DNA of 64,000 nucleotides from Candidatus Protochlamydia sp. (GTDB lineage Bacteria; Chlamydiota; Chlamydiia; Chlamydiales; Parachlamydiaceae): NCBI GenBank assembly GCA_013695355.1, contig JACDAQ010000040.1, positions 2,146 to 66,145 of the forward strand, read 5' to 3'. Shown piece by piece: positions 25,952 to 36,344 of this stretch (position 1 is its first letter; each line of letters starts with the position of its first letter). The notes under the pieces were generated by a model. It saw only the letters and a program-made list of their open reading frames with translations, ran no database searches and was not told where the DNA came from. The position numbers and the translations under genes were made by a program.

Positions 25952-28903
25952 ATGATCGTTAAAACAAATGGAGTTGATACTTTATCCTATTTTAATTTTA
26001 TTCCTATTGAACTAGACTTAATTCTAAAATTAACCATTATTTCTTCCAATCTTATCGTGAAAAAAAACTCAAGCCCCTCTTTCATTCACCTGCAGGGCTG
26101 CAGGCAGCATAATTTAAAAAACCTTAGTCTCAGTCTGCCTAAGCATCAGATCATTGTGATCACAGGAGTCAGCGGTTCGGGCAAGTCCTCTCTGGCTTTC
26201 GACACATTATTTGCCGAAGGGCAACGGCGCTACCTTGAATTTCTTTCACCTCAAGCCCACAGCTGGATCAAACAGATGCCTAAGCCTGATGTGGACTTAA
26301 TCGAAGGACTTTCCCCTACTCTTGCCATTGGACAGCGGAAAAAAGGGCTTTATTCATTAGGCACAATTGCTACTTATACCGATCTTTACGATTTTTTTGC
26401 CCTTCTCTTTGCCCGAATTGGTGAACAATACAGTCCAGGGACAGGAAAACGCTTAACCCGCTATTCTCGGCAAGAAATTATTGATATCATTTTAAGGGAA
26501 TATCCAAACGGGAGCCGGATTCAGCTTTTAGCCCCTGTTAAATTTCAAAAAGAAGATATTGTTGAAACCTTAGCCCGGTTGCAGCATATGGGATTTATTC
26601 GAATGAAGCTAGATGGGCAGGAATGGACCAGCGATAACCCCACACCTCCTTTTGGGACCTTTAAAGAGCTTGACGTGGTAGTGGACCGGTTAGAGATAAA
26701 AGAAGGCGTAAGGGAAAGATTAGCTCCATCCATTGAAACAGCGATGGACCTTAGTCAGGGAATTTTAAAAGTACAGGAAGGAAAAGAGGGCCCTGTCCGG
26801 TTCTTTACAGAAATTTATGTTTGTCCCGAAACTTCCTATGCATTCCCACCTTTGGAGCCAGCCGATTTCAATTTTAACTCGCAAAGAGGGGCCTGCCCCC
26901 AATGCCAGGGAAGAGGAGGGCAAGAAAAAGTCAATCCCGCCTTGCTTTTTTGGGATGCAAATGAACCGTTCCTTGACCAGATGCGCGGAATAATCGACCA
27001 CCTTCCCAAAAAATTGGCCACCTCAGCTACCTCTCTACTCTTATCCTTCTGGAATAAAAAAAAATTACCCGAAGAAAGCAAGCTGAATGATCTTTCTGAA
27101 GTCCTATTCAAAGAGCTGCTGAGAGGGTCTTCGGATTCTCTTGAACTCACCACACTTTTTGAAGGAGAGGCTCATTTGGTCAAAACTCATTGGAAGGGAC
27201 TGGTCCCTCTGTTGGATGAAGCTCTTGCAAGCTCAAAAACCAAAGGGTCTTTGAGTGACCTCTCATTGATCCAATGGCAAATTTGCCCTTTTTGCCAGGG
27301 TGGGCGTTTAAAGCCTGAAAGCTTGGCCTGCCGGATCCATGGACTGAACATGCATCAGCTCTGCTCTTTATCAGTAAAGGAATGCTTGGAGGTCATCAAT
27401 GGCTGGGCTTTTTCGGGCAATCAAAAGTTGGTAGTCAAGGATATATTGCCTCATGTAATAAAAAGACTTCAATTTCTGGAGCAGGTAGGCTTGGGCTATC
27501 TAAATTTAACTCGCTCTGGAAATACCTTAAGCGATGGTGAATCCCAGAGGATTCAATTAGCCTCCCAAATTGGAGCTAAACTGTCAGGCTTGATCTATAT
27601 ATTAGATGAGCCCTCCCTAGGACTCCATCGGCAGGACATCCACCACCTTACACAAGTCATTTTGGAATTAAAGGAGTTAGGCAATACCGTGGTCCTTGTC
27701 GAACATGAGAAAAGCCTAATCATGCAGGCGGACCATATTATTGAACTTGGACCGCAGGCAGGACGGCTGGGAGGTAACCTTGTCTTTCAAGGCCCAATTG
27801 AAAAACTACTGACAGATCAAAAAAGCCTGACAGGACAATGGCTAAGCGGGGTATTTAAACTCCCCCCCCCTCCGCAAAGAAAGCCAAGGCTATGGCTAAA
27901 AATTAAAAATGCCGCTCTTCATAATTTGAACAATTTAAGTCTTCGTGTTCCTCTCGGCTGTTTTACAGCCTTCTGCGGCGTATCAGGGTCAGGAAAATCA
28001 TCTCTTGTCCTTGATCTGATTGGCAAATGGATGAAAAGTATATTGTCGCCTAAATTTGATCCTAATTGGGACCTGTCAAAGCAGGACAATTCCCTGATCA
28101 TCGAAGGACATGAACCGATCAAGCGTGTCCTCTTTCATGAAAAGCAAACGGACCGTTTTACAGCCCGTTCTATTCCAGCCACCTATGTTAATGTCATGGC
28201 CCCTTTGCGAAATCTTTTCGCCGAAACCCGTTTGGCTAAAGCGCGCGGCTACACAGCCTCCCGTTTTAGTTTGAACAAGCGCGGCGGGAGATGTGAAGCG
28301 TGCGAAGGACTGGGAGAGAACCGTGTCAGCATGCAACTAATGCCCGATCTTTTTATTCCTTGTGAAGTGTGTCAGGGAAAACGCTATAATTATGAAACGC
28401 TACAGGTCACCTGGGAAAACCGCTCGATGGCAGAAGTTTTAAATCTGTCGGCCAGCGAGGCTTTGAGCCTTTTCCGTAATATCCCCCCTCTTGCAGCCCC
28501 TTTGGAGCTTATGACCGAATTGGGATTGGATTACTTAACACTTGGGCAATCTTTTAATACCTTGTCGGGAGGGGAAATTCAACGCCTTAGGCTTGTAGCC
28601 GATTTAGCAGGCAAGGCCCAAGAGCCAACACTTTATATTTTAGACGAACCCTCGGCCGGCCTCCATTTGCAGGACATCGAAAAACTGGTCAAAATTCTCC
28701 ATAGGTTAGTTGATAAAGGGCATTCGATCTTTGTGATCGAACATCACTTGGATATTTTGCAGCAGGCTGACTGGGTGATCGAGCTTGGGCCGGGTGGGGG
28801 CCCTGAAGGAGGGCACCTTATTTTTGAAGGGCTGCCTGGTAAATTAATGAAATCTAACACTCCGACGGGTTTAGCACTTTCCGCACACTCATTTAAAAAA
28901 TAA
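25952..28903 (+). CDS. uvrA: Excinuclease ABC subunit A family protein
   Basis: Two ABC modules (GVSGSGKSSLAFDTLFAEGQRRY; CGVSGSGKSSL), signatures LSDGESQRIQL and LSGGEIQRLRL, and a C-terminal zinc module GGRCEACEGLG...CEVCQGKRY. The true start is uncertain (GTG at 26057 is possible). Confidence 0.85.
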   Translation: MIVKTNGVDTLSYFNFIPIELDLILKLTIISSNLIVKKNSSPSFIHLQGCRQHNLKNLSLSLPKHQIIVITGVSGSGKSSLAFDTLFAEGQRRYLEFLSPQAHSWIKQMPKPDVDLIEGLSPTLAIGQRKKGLYSLGTIATYTDLYDFFALLFARIGEQYSPGTGKRLTRYSRQEIIDIILREYPNGSRIQLLAPVKFQKEDIVETLARLQHMGFIRMKLDGQEWTSDNPTPPFGTFKELDVVVDRLEIKEGVRERLAPSIETAMDLSQGILKVQEGKEGPVRFFTEIYVCPETSYAFPPLEPADFNFNSQRGACPQCQGRGGQEKVNPALLFWDANEPFLDQMRGIIDHLPKKLATSATSLLLSFWNKKKLPEESKLNDLSEVLFKELLRGSSDSLELTTLFEGEAHLVKTHWKGLVPLLDEALASSKTKGSLSDLSLIQWQICPFCQGGRLKPESLACRIHGLNMHQLCSLSVKECLEVINGWAFSGNQKLVVKDILPHVIKRLQFLEQVGLGYLNLTRSGNTLSDGESQRIQLASQIGAKLSGLIYILDEPSLGLHRQDIHHLTQVILELKELGNTVVLVEHEKSLIMQADHIIELGPQAGRLGGNLVFQGPIEKLLTDQKSLTGQWLSGVFKLPPPPQRKPRLWLKIKNAALHNLNNLSLRVPLGCFTAFCGVSGSGKSSLVLDLIGKWMKSILSPKFDPNWDLSKQDNSLIIEGHEPIKRVLFHEKQTDRFTARSIPATYVNVMAPLRNLFAETRLAKARGYTASRFSLNKRGGRCEACEGLGENRVSMQLMPDLFIPCEVCQGKRYNYETLQVTWENRSMAEVLNLSASEALSLFRNIPPLAAPLELMTELGLDYLTLGQSFNTLSGGEIQRLRLVADLAGKAQEPTLYILDEPSAGLHLQDIEKLVKILHRLVDKGHSIFVIEHHLDILQQADWVIELGPGGGPEGGHLIFEGLPGKLMKSNTPTGLALSAHSFKK

Positions 28904-29285
28904 AGCTAATTTAATTTATGCGGCCTCATGAATTAAACCTGAAAAAATGAAAGAAAAAAACCGCGGAGTAAAGGAGAAATGATGGAGAACCGCGGAGAGT
29001 TTACAAATGCCCCTGAGTATTCTCCGTTTATACATATTCACCTACTTAAAGAATCCTTTACCCTTTAAAAAGTCTTCGCTACTTATTTTGCTATAATTCA
29101 ATTGATAAAAATAAATATTAATTTAATATATTCATAATATTTTTCTATTCTAGGCTCGTTCTTTGCCGTCTGAACATTCAGTTCATTTTTAATATTATAC
29201 TTATATCTAATTTTAGTTTTTATTAAACATCAACTTCTATATTGTAATTTCATAAATTAATAAAATTACAAAAACTTGGATAAAA

Positions 29286-32200
29286 ATGATCAACCTTGAC
29301 ATTAACACATCTGACCCGCTCTTATGGCTAGAACAACAGCTCCAGCTACGGGATCAACAACAAGCGCAAGCTGCTGGATTAAATGAAGTAATTCCACAAC
29401 AGCAAGACTTGGAGCAGCAGCAGCTCATTTTCCCTATGCAATCACCACCCTTTTATTCGCTTGAAGTTTGGAAATCAGTCAATTTAGATACGCCTGAAAT
29501 CATTGGTCTTTTCCACAGCTCACTTTACAGAGCTACAATGAGCGAAAACCTTGATTCTTCTGATTTTAAAATTAACCAGCTCATCCGATTCATTCAGTAC
29601 GAACCGGAAATTTTAAAAGCTTTTAAAAACTCAATCTTGTCAAAGCCTGCTAATGATATTGAGGATTATATCAAAAAACTCTGTCATTCTATTTTACCTC
29701 ATTCGGAAATTCCGCTTTGGGCCCATACAAACTCCACTGAGCTTGAAAACATCCCTAGAAATGAAGAACCATCACTATTTTCCATCGAAAATGAGCTTCT
29801 GCAATGTTGTGTCGAGGGTAAATTGCCTGTCAATTATGATGCGCTTAAACGCTTGGAGTTGATAAATTGGATTTCGCTTAGAGACAATCAAAAAAGACCT
29901 CTCTTGCATATAATTTTTAATCAAGGGCCAACCCCACTAATTCAGGGGCGCAAAGATGCCATTTGCGAACTGGTCAAATTATGTCCGTCATTATTAATTA
30001 TTACTGATTCAAACCAAGAAACAATCATTGACCTCTTATTTAAAAATAATGAGGATTTCTTTTTTTATCTTAATGCTGCTTACCCTGAAATTCAAGAATC
30101 AAACAATCCATGGTTCGCACAAGTGACCTGTCAATGCTATGCTAAAGAAGCGGAATCAATTATAGAAAAATTTCCAATTAGTGGAAAAATCACTCTACAA
30201 ACAATTGATTCCCTTCCACCCGAACACAATCCAATCATGGTATGTAAAAAGTTAGGAAAACAAAATTTAGCTGAAATTTTAATGAATGGCCTTATTCCCG
30301 ATTTTTTTGACGATTTTGAGGTTTTTAGTGATGACAAAAATTTTGTTAATGCAATCTACTGGAAAGATGCCCCCTTAGCCGCCTTTTATTTTAAGCTTCT
30401 TCCCAAAAATTCTTCTGGTCTTATTCCGCAATTTGCAGATCGTATGGTCCAAATTGGCTGCAATAAGCAAATTAATGATTTTATTGAACTTAATGCGAAA
30501 TCAAAATTAAAAGATAAAGAATTTAATTGCCATGGAAATTTAAATTGTAATGTAAAAAAGATAATCATTGCCTCATCCTTTTGTCCCTTATTTTTGAAAA
30601 GTTATGATTTTTTAAAAATGTTAAACAACTCAGAAAAAATTATGATTCTGAATAGAATTTTAGAAAAATTTTATAAAGACTACGATTCATTAAATTTCAA
30701 TGAAAGTACTAAAGAAAAAGTAGAAATAATAGGCATGATCATTGAAGATTTATTCCAAAGTGATTATTTCTTAGCTCGTAAGCTTAAATTTAACATCGTG
30801 GGAGGTGAAATTGATATCTCTATTTTGATACCCTACATCGAAAAACAAAATCGCCTGTTAGGAGAAAAAATCTTCCGCGCATGTATAGAACAAGGACTAA
30901 AAGAAACTCTATTCAATAGCCTATGCATGGGCCTTTTACTCACCTTAAATTCCTATCCTTCTCAAATAAATTTGCCTGACTTTTTTGAATGGTCAATTCC
31001 ACTCTTAAAAGAAAATAATGTGCCACTTAACCTAACTTTGTCCCCTGATCATTCTGTCTTAAGAAAACTGATAACCTTCATTAAGCCAATAAGGGCTCTG
31101 GGCTTTTTTGAACATTTGGAAAGTCTTATTTCTTCGGAAAATTTATGTGAATTACTACAGTTATGCGACTATAGTAATAGCATGCCTATTGAATATTTAT
31201 GCGCAGTAAAATACTTCGATGATGTTAATAATAAGGCAGCTTTCTCGCTGATCAGAAAATTTATCATTTTGAGTTATCGGATTGAAGACATTAATAACAT
31301 CCAAGTGACCAAAGAGATAATTTTGAAAATTATTTTACTAGGCGATCAAGAATTAGATAAATTATGCAATATAGATACCATAGCTCTCAAATTTTTATCG
31401 ATACATGACGAATTTGCACCAACAAACTATTCTTTTCTAAATTTAATTAAATGCGACAATCCAGTTAGAGTAAAGAAATTTTTAAAACTTTTGAATTCCT
31501 TTCCTCTATCTCTGCAGAAAGAATTATTAAATTATGATTTACATCATATAAGTATGCCATTTACACTAGAATTATTTTTTATAAATGTTTTGGAAAATAA
31601 TGATGAAGAGTTATTGGAACTTTTCCTAGCTCTTGATCCCTTGATTCTATCAATCTGGAATTATGAAATAAACATCAAAATAGTAGATTACCTGCTTGAA
31701 ACTCGACGATTAACATTTTATAATCCCATTCCCACTAAAAACAGTAATATTGACCTCCTAAAAAAACTCTTAACGCATATAAAGTATGATGATAAACTAG
31801 CGAGTTTTGTCATCGGGAGCATTCATTATTTATTAGATCTAGATAGGAAATTTTTAATTTGTAATACAAATGTGATCGAAATTATTTTGGATCATTATTT
31901 GGATGGAAAATTTGAGATCCCACATCCGCATCTTGCCAATTTTAAAAATGAAAAAAATATTAGTAGACTTTTAGAAAATACTCTTTTGCAGTTGAACGGT
32001 GACGAAAAGAAAGCATCAATTTCTTTTGAGGAAACTATTTACACAGTTAAATGTATCGAAGCTCAAAACCGATTTGAATACTTGCAAGTCTCTTTAGATG
32101 AAATAATTATTGGAAATGGTTTTTTTACCAAAAAAGGAGTTTTAGATTTAATAAAAAAACATGTTGAAAATAAAAAAATTAATTTACAAATTAATCTTCT

Positions 32201-32783
32201 AAAGGATACTAAAAACTTAAAAGGATATGGAATTGATTGTTTAATTACGAATGACGAACAATTGTTAGATCGTCATTTTTTTATGCAACGGCATAATGGA
32301 ATTTTTTCCTATCTCTGGATCGTTAACAAACCAAGTGCAAAAAAAATATGTGTTTATTATGTGGATTTTAATTCAGGAACAATTGAAGTTAAAGACTTTG
32401 CATACATGCAAGAAAATTTGGCAAATGAATTAAAACTATTTATTAATGTAATAAGGAAAGACTTTATCGATCGTCAAAATTTAATTTATTCGCATTTCCC
32501 CCAAGATGATAGCATTAGTTCAATTGAGAAATTTATTGGAAGCGCAAAACATTGCCATGTTTCTATTCATCCCGCAGGTTTATTTACCCACATCTTGCAT
32601 CGCCTCCCTTTTGAGCCTTTTAACATTCAGCAAGCTATTAAAGGTATTCCTTCAGAACAAATACTGGCTTCTTATATTGAAAAAGGAAATATTCGGGTTC
32701 AAGCATTGAATGATGCCTTTTCACATAATATTATGATTAAATTACATCACAATACAAATCAAACTTTTATTTTTCATTTTTAA
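29286..32783 (+). CDS. Very large orphan protein (1165 aa), candidate secreted effector. Probably the 5' part of a split gene
   Basis: Long uninterrupted ORF in A+T-rich DNA with a Gln-rich N-terminus (QQLQLRDQQQAQ...QQQDLEQQQL). I recognise no motif. Confidence 0.7.
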   Translation: MINLDINTSDPLLWLEQQLQLRDQQQAQAAGLNEVIPQQQDLEQQQLIFPMQSPPFYSLEVWKSVNLDTPEIIGLFHSSLYRATMSENLDSSDFKINQLIRFIQYEPEILKAFKNSILSKPANDIEDYIKKLCHSILPHSEIPLWAHTNSTELENIPRNEEPSLFSIENELLQCCVEGKLPVNYDALKRLELINWISLRDNQKRPLLHIIFNQGPTPLIQGRKDAICELVKLCPSLLIITDSNQETIIDLLFKNNEDFFFYLNAAYPEIQESNNPWFAQVTCQCYAKEAESIIEKFPISGKITLQTIDSLPPEHNPIMVCKKLGKQNLAEILMNGLIPDFFDDFEVFSDDKNFVNAIYWKDAPLAAFYFKLLPKNSSGLIPQFADRMVQIGCNKQINDFIELNAKSKLKDKEFNCHGNLNCNVKKIIIASSFCPLFLKSYDFLKMLNNSEKIMILNRILEKFYKDYDSLNFNESTKEKVEIIGMIIEDLFQSDYFLARKLKFNIVGGEIDISILIPYIEKQNRLLGEKIFRACIEQGLKETLFNSLCMGLLLTLNSYPSQINLPDFFEWSIPLLKENNVPLNLTLSPDHSVLRKLITFIKPIRALGFFEHLESLISSENLCELLQLCDYSNSMPIEYLCAVKYFDDVNNKAAFSLIRKFIILSYRIEDINNIQVTKEIILKIILLGDQELDKLCNIDTIALKFLSIHDEFAPTNYSFLNLIKCDNPVRVKKFLKLLNSFPLSLQKELLNYDLHHISMPFTLELFFINVLENNDEELLELFLALDPLILSIWNYEINIKIVDYLLETRRLTFYNPIPTKNSNIDLLKKLLTHIKYDDKLASFVIGSIHYLLDLDRKFLICNTNVIEIILDHYLDGKFEIPHPHLANFKNEKNISRLLENTLLQLNGDEKKASISFEETIYTVKCIEAQNRFEYLQVSLDEIIIGNGFFTKKGVLDLIKKHVENKKINLQINLLKDTKNLKGYGIDCLITNDEQLLDRHFFMQRHNGIFSYLWIVNKPSAKKICVYYVDFNSGTIEVKDFAYMQENLANELKLFINVIRKDFIDRQNLIYSHFPQDDSISSIEKFIGSAKHCHVSIHPAGLFTHILHRLPFEPFNIQQAIKGIPSEQILASYIEKGNIRVQALNDAFSHNIMIKLHHNTNQTFIFHF

Positions 32784-32796
32784 AAATGGAACAAAT

Positions 32797-34533
32797 TTGA
32801 TAATTAACTGTGAAGAAAAAAATTCCCCTCTTTTATGCGACATTTATATTGGAAATAATATTTCTTTAAAACTCTTGATCTATCCCTTTGATTCTACTAA
32901 CGTTCTGATGTCGCTTTGCAATTCTGAAAAATCCATCCTTCCTTTTCTAAATGAGATGAAAGAGATTATAACCGCTGCACAAGGTCATTCGATCAATCAT
33001 AAAGTAGACAATCAAATAAAATTTGTTGAAGCTAAGACAATGCATCACGAAAATATGGCAAATATAGATTTTAATTTTCTAAATAATACCTTTAATTCAT
33101 ATCAGAATACTGAATATTTAAAAGATTTTATTGAATCTAAAAAAGCCAATTATATGACGATGAAATCTAATTTAGAAAAACTTGTCGTATTATTTAAAAG
33201 TAATCAATTGATCAAATTGAATGAAAAAGACAGTCAGCGGTTAAGGATCCAGCTAACCCAAGTTTTAAAAAAACTGCAGGAAAGCGACCCACAGGAACTA
33301 AGACGTTTTGTTTGTGAATTAGCTTATCTATCCAAACCCGGTCTTTGCGGGCCTGGCATCGCCGACATGATCAACTTTGAATACAAAAGCTTATTTAACT
33401 TGCTCGAAGGCAGCAATCTTTCAGTAGGAAAAACAATTGACTCCATCTTTATCGAGATGTACCAAGAGGCTATTTATGAAACAATTGAAACGTTATTAAA
33501 ATTGAGCATTTCTCCTATAAGTCAAAGTCAAAGCGTGCACGTTAGATATTATTTGTGGAATGAATTGAAAAAGCATTTTAACATCCCTTCAGATCCTCTT
33601 AATGATTCTTTGGTTGATACCTATCAACATGAAATGTTTGGGTCCAATGATTTTCCGCCTGAAGAAATCAAGCAGATTTACGAAGCGTTCTTCATTCCGC
33701 TGCTGATCCAAATCCTTCTCCGGAAGGGAACTATGCCACGAGTGATGATTGACAACTCTAAAAATTATCAGATTTCTACAAAAAATTACCAATTGTTGCT
33801 GGAAGGATTCGTCGATTTGATCGTTTCAAATTTAAATTTAGATTCTGATTCTCAATCATTTTTAACAGGGCTGGATGAAGAAAGGGAATATTGTATTTCT
33901 GAGTTCAATTCCAAACTTGATCAACTGAATGCTGAACTAAACCAGTTACTCATCAATCCTATTTATCTTGAAAAGGACCGCATCGAGCGAACCTGCCAAA
34001 ATATTACTGATAGGATCAATACACTGGCTTGCGAATCTATTCTTCTTCATGCTGAATTAGAAGATATAAAACATACTCTTAACTCTCCACAAGATGAAAA
34101 GACATCATCAATGGAAAACAAAAAGCGCACTTTCGATGAAATCACGTCAATTTATCAAGGAACTCATCTTGATTTGCTAAATTTGGCAAAATCAAGGATT
34201 GAATACAAACTTGAAGAATTGGACAAGCAAGAAAAGAGACTAAAAGCCCACCGTCAGATCATGCAAATTTCAATCCAACAGAATATAGAACCTTTATTTC
34301 AAAATTTAGCCGAACTAAAAAAAGAAATAAGTAAAATTCAAAAAGAAAAAGAGGAAATGCTGCATCGATGCAACCATAATAAAAGAGAGTTCATTTGGGC
34401 ATTGTGCGAAAAGAATGGCTGGCTCTTGATGGATAATGAACTTGGAATTCCCAATCTAACTCCTGCAGGCGCTGTAAAATTTCTCGAAATAAAAGAATTT
34501 CTAATTAAAGAAGAAGGCCTCTCGAAAACTTAA
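32797..34533 (+). CDS. Orphan protein (578 aa) with a C-terminal coiled coil. Probably the 3' part of the preceding gene
   Basis: The ORF begins at a TTG 13 nt after the upstream stop and has no SD. Its frame is already open from 32737 and overlaps the end of the upstream ORF. Confidence 0.6.
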   Translation: MIINCEEKNSPLLCDIYIGNNISLKLLIYPFDSTNVLMSLCNSEKSILPFLNEMKEIITAAQGHSINHKVDNQIKFVEAKTMHHENMANIDFNFLNNTFNSYQNTEYLKDFIESKKANYMTMKSNLEKLVVLFKSNQLIKLNEKDSQRLRIQLTQVLKKLQESDPQELRRFVCELAYLSKPGLCGPGIADMINFEYKSLFNLLEGSNLSVGKTIDSIFIEMYQEAIYETIETLLKLSISPISQSQSVHVRYYLWNELKKHFNIPSDPLNDSLVDTYQHEMFGSNDFPPEEIKQIYEAFFIPLLIQILLRKGTMPRVMIDNSKNYQISTKNYQLLLEGFVDLIVSNLNLDSDSQSFLTGLDEEREYCISEFNSKLDQLNAELNQLLINPIYLEKDRIERTCQNITDRINTLACESILLHAELEDIKHTLNSPQDEKTSSMENKKRTFDEITSIYQGTHLDLLNLAKSRIEYKLEELDKQEKRLKAHRQIMQISIQQNIEPLFQNLAELKKEISKIQKEKEEMLHRCNHNKREFIWALCEKNGWLLMDNELGIPNLTPAGAVKFLEIKEFLIKEEGLSKT

Positions 34534-34686
34534 ATTTATTAAGTTCAGTGCTCTAAATAAATTTTTACTTACTCTTTCCCCCCTTTTATTTTCTAATTTA
34601 TGAATATTTAACGAAAAGTTTAATTCGAATTATTCTAACTAAATTACAATTATTCCTTATAAAATATCAATATAAGGAATTATCTC

Positions 34687-36207
34687 ATGTTTCAAAAAAT
34701 TGGAAATTACCTGCTAGATCACGGTCCTACAATTACACCGCTTATGTATGAATTGGAAAATATCGTAAATACGAAATTATCATCCTTAATTACAGATATT
34801 TTTTCCATTAACAATCACATTCCCGTAAACCCTTTACTAAAGAAGCATCAACGACTTGATTTGGATGCAAATTCCTCCATCATCTTTAATCCCCTCACAA
34901 ATAAATACACCTACATAACAGCTGCGCCCGCTATTAAAAATCTTGTAATTAGCGGAGGAGGAGCCAAAGGAGTCATTCTTCCTGGCGTATTTAAAGCTTT
35001 TGAAGATCACAAAATTGATGGGAATATTTCATTTAGAAATCAAATAGATAACGTAAGCGGCTCATCAGTGGGAGCACTATCAGCAAGCCTTCTGGCAGTT
35101 GGGATGACTGCCCAAGATTTAATTGATGCGACCCGCCCTATTGAATTTAAAAACTTATTGGGGTCCGGCCTTGGGCCCGTCTTTAAGGATGGCAATCCGC
35201 TAATCGAATTTAATCAAGTTCATACACAAAAGAGCGTCCTGGAAAACTTAAAAAAAATCTTTTCAAATGACGATATTGAAAATATCAGCATTGAAATGAT
35301 TGTTGAGCAGTTGAAAAATAAAGCCCCGCATCAAGCAAATGCTATTGCAAATAATATAGAACAAATCTTAAAAAAAATTTGCAGGGAGGAACCATTCTCT
35401 TTAACTTTTGAAATGCTTGAAAATTTGCATATTTTGGAACCAAAAATTTTTAAAAGCCTAACAGTGACAGCCACATGCTGTGAAAATGGAACTACTTTTT
35501 ATTTTGATGCACTAAAGACCCCTCATTTGGATATCTCAATTGCCTGCCGGGCTTCGGCTTCTCTTCCTGTTATCCTAAACCCTGTTACAATCAAAAAAGA
35601 ATTGTTAAGTCCTGGATATGATGATATTTTGAGTGATAAAGCACACTTAACATTTTCAGATGGGGGTTATTTTGATAATATTCCTGTGAAGTCAATGCAG
35701 GAAAAGCAGGGCGAAAAGATTAGGGGAGAAAATGGTCAAAACCTGCAAACGTTAGCTTTAGTTTTCGATGCAAGCGAACCATCCGAAAACGCCCAGTCTC
35801 CATTTTTTGAAGCGCATCAAAGAAAGCATACTCTCTACGATTCAACTAATCTTATGGATAGATTGGTAACTGATGTTTTTGCCAGAATATTGGGAGGGAT
35901 AAATACAACAGAAAGTTGCTCTTTAGCCAAAGAGGAGGGATTAGAAGAAATTAGGGAAAATTATGCACAAAGATCAATTCCATTGCGTATTTCGCTATCT
36001 ACCATGGATTTTGAAAAAGCAAAAATTTTTGAAGATGAGTTCATTGAACAAGGCTATAGCCAAGGCAGAGATTATCTGGCGCTCCATCAGGATGAACTGA
36101 TCGCAAGAACGTTTGACAATTTTGATGAATTATTGGAAAACATTCCAAACGAAAGTCAAGCGCAAATGACCGCTCAATTACATGATTTTAGAAAAAGGTG
36201 TGTTTAG
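34687..36207 (+). CDS. Patatin-like phospholipase (ExoU/VipD-type architecture)
   Basis: Oxyanion motif SGGGAKG (around 34954..34971), nucleophile elbow GSSVG (35059..35073) and catalytic Asp motif SDGGYFDN are all present in the canonical order. Confidence 0.85.
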   Translation: MFQKIGNYLLDHGPTITPLMYELENIVNTKLSSLITDIFSINNHIPVNPLLKKHQRLDLDANSSIIFNPLTNKYTYITAAPAIKNLVISGGGAKGVILPGVFKAFEDHKIDGNISFRNQIDNVSGSSVGALSASLLAVGMTAQDLIDATRPIEFKNLLGSGLGPVFKDGNPLIEFNQVHTQKSVLENLKKIFSNDDIENISIEMIVEQLKNKAPHQANAIANNIEQILKKICREEPFSLTFEMLENLHILEPKIFKSLTVTATCCENGTTFYFDALKTPHLDISIACRASASLPVILNPVTIKKELLSPGYDDILSDKAHLTFSDGGYFDNIPVKSMQEKQGEKIRGENGQNLQTLALVFDASEPSENAQSPFFEAHQRKHTLYDSTNLMDRLVTDVFARILGGINTTESCSLAKEEGLEEIRENYAQRSIPLRISLSTMDFEKAKIFEDEFIEQGYSQGRDYLALHQDELIARTFDNFDELLENIPNESQAQMTAQLHDFRKRCV

Positions 36208-36250
36208 GAATTTTTTTTAAACTAATTTACCTAAATTATCAAACTTAAAA

Positions 36251-36323
36251 AAAGCTTCAAAACTCCTAATTTCTACAAAAAAAGCTTCAAATTACATTGA
36301 ATTATTCTAATAAAAGCTTCAAA
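36251..36323. promoter_or_regulatory. Three direct copies of AAAGCTTCAAA upstream of the second Fic gene
   Basis: Copies lie at 36251..36261, 36281..36291 and 36313..36323 (spacing 30 and 32 bp). Each contains the palindrome AAGCTT. Confidence 0.35.
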
Positions 36324-36344
36324 ATAAGCCTAAGGAATAAAATT

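Noticed and set aside
25952..28903. UvrA considered as an atypical class II/truncated paralogue
   Set aside because: Both ABC modules, both signature motifs and the C-terminal zinc module are present at a normal overall length. Only the first zinc-finger cysteines look degenerate, which I cannot evaluate without an alignment. I treat it as an ordinary uvrA.
28944..29068. Short ORFs with an AAGGAG-like sequence (for example MMENRGEFTNAPEYSPFIHIHLLKESFTL) and the duplicated AACCGCGGAG motif after uvrA
   Set aside because: They are very short, with sub-optimal RBS spacing and nothing to indicate conservation. I could not support them from sequence alone.
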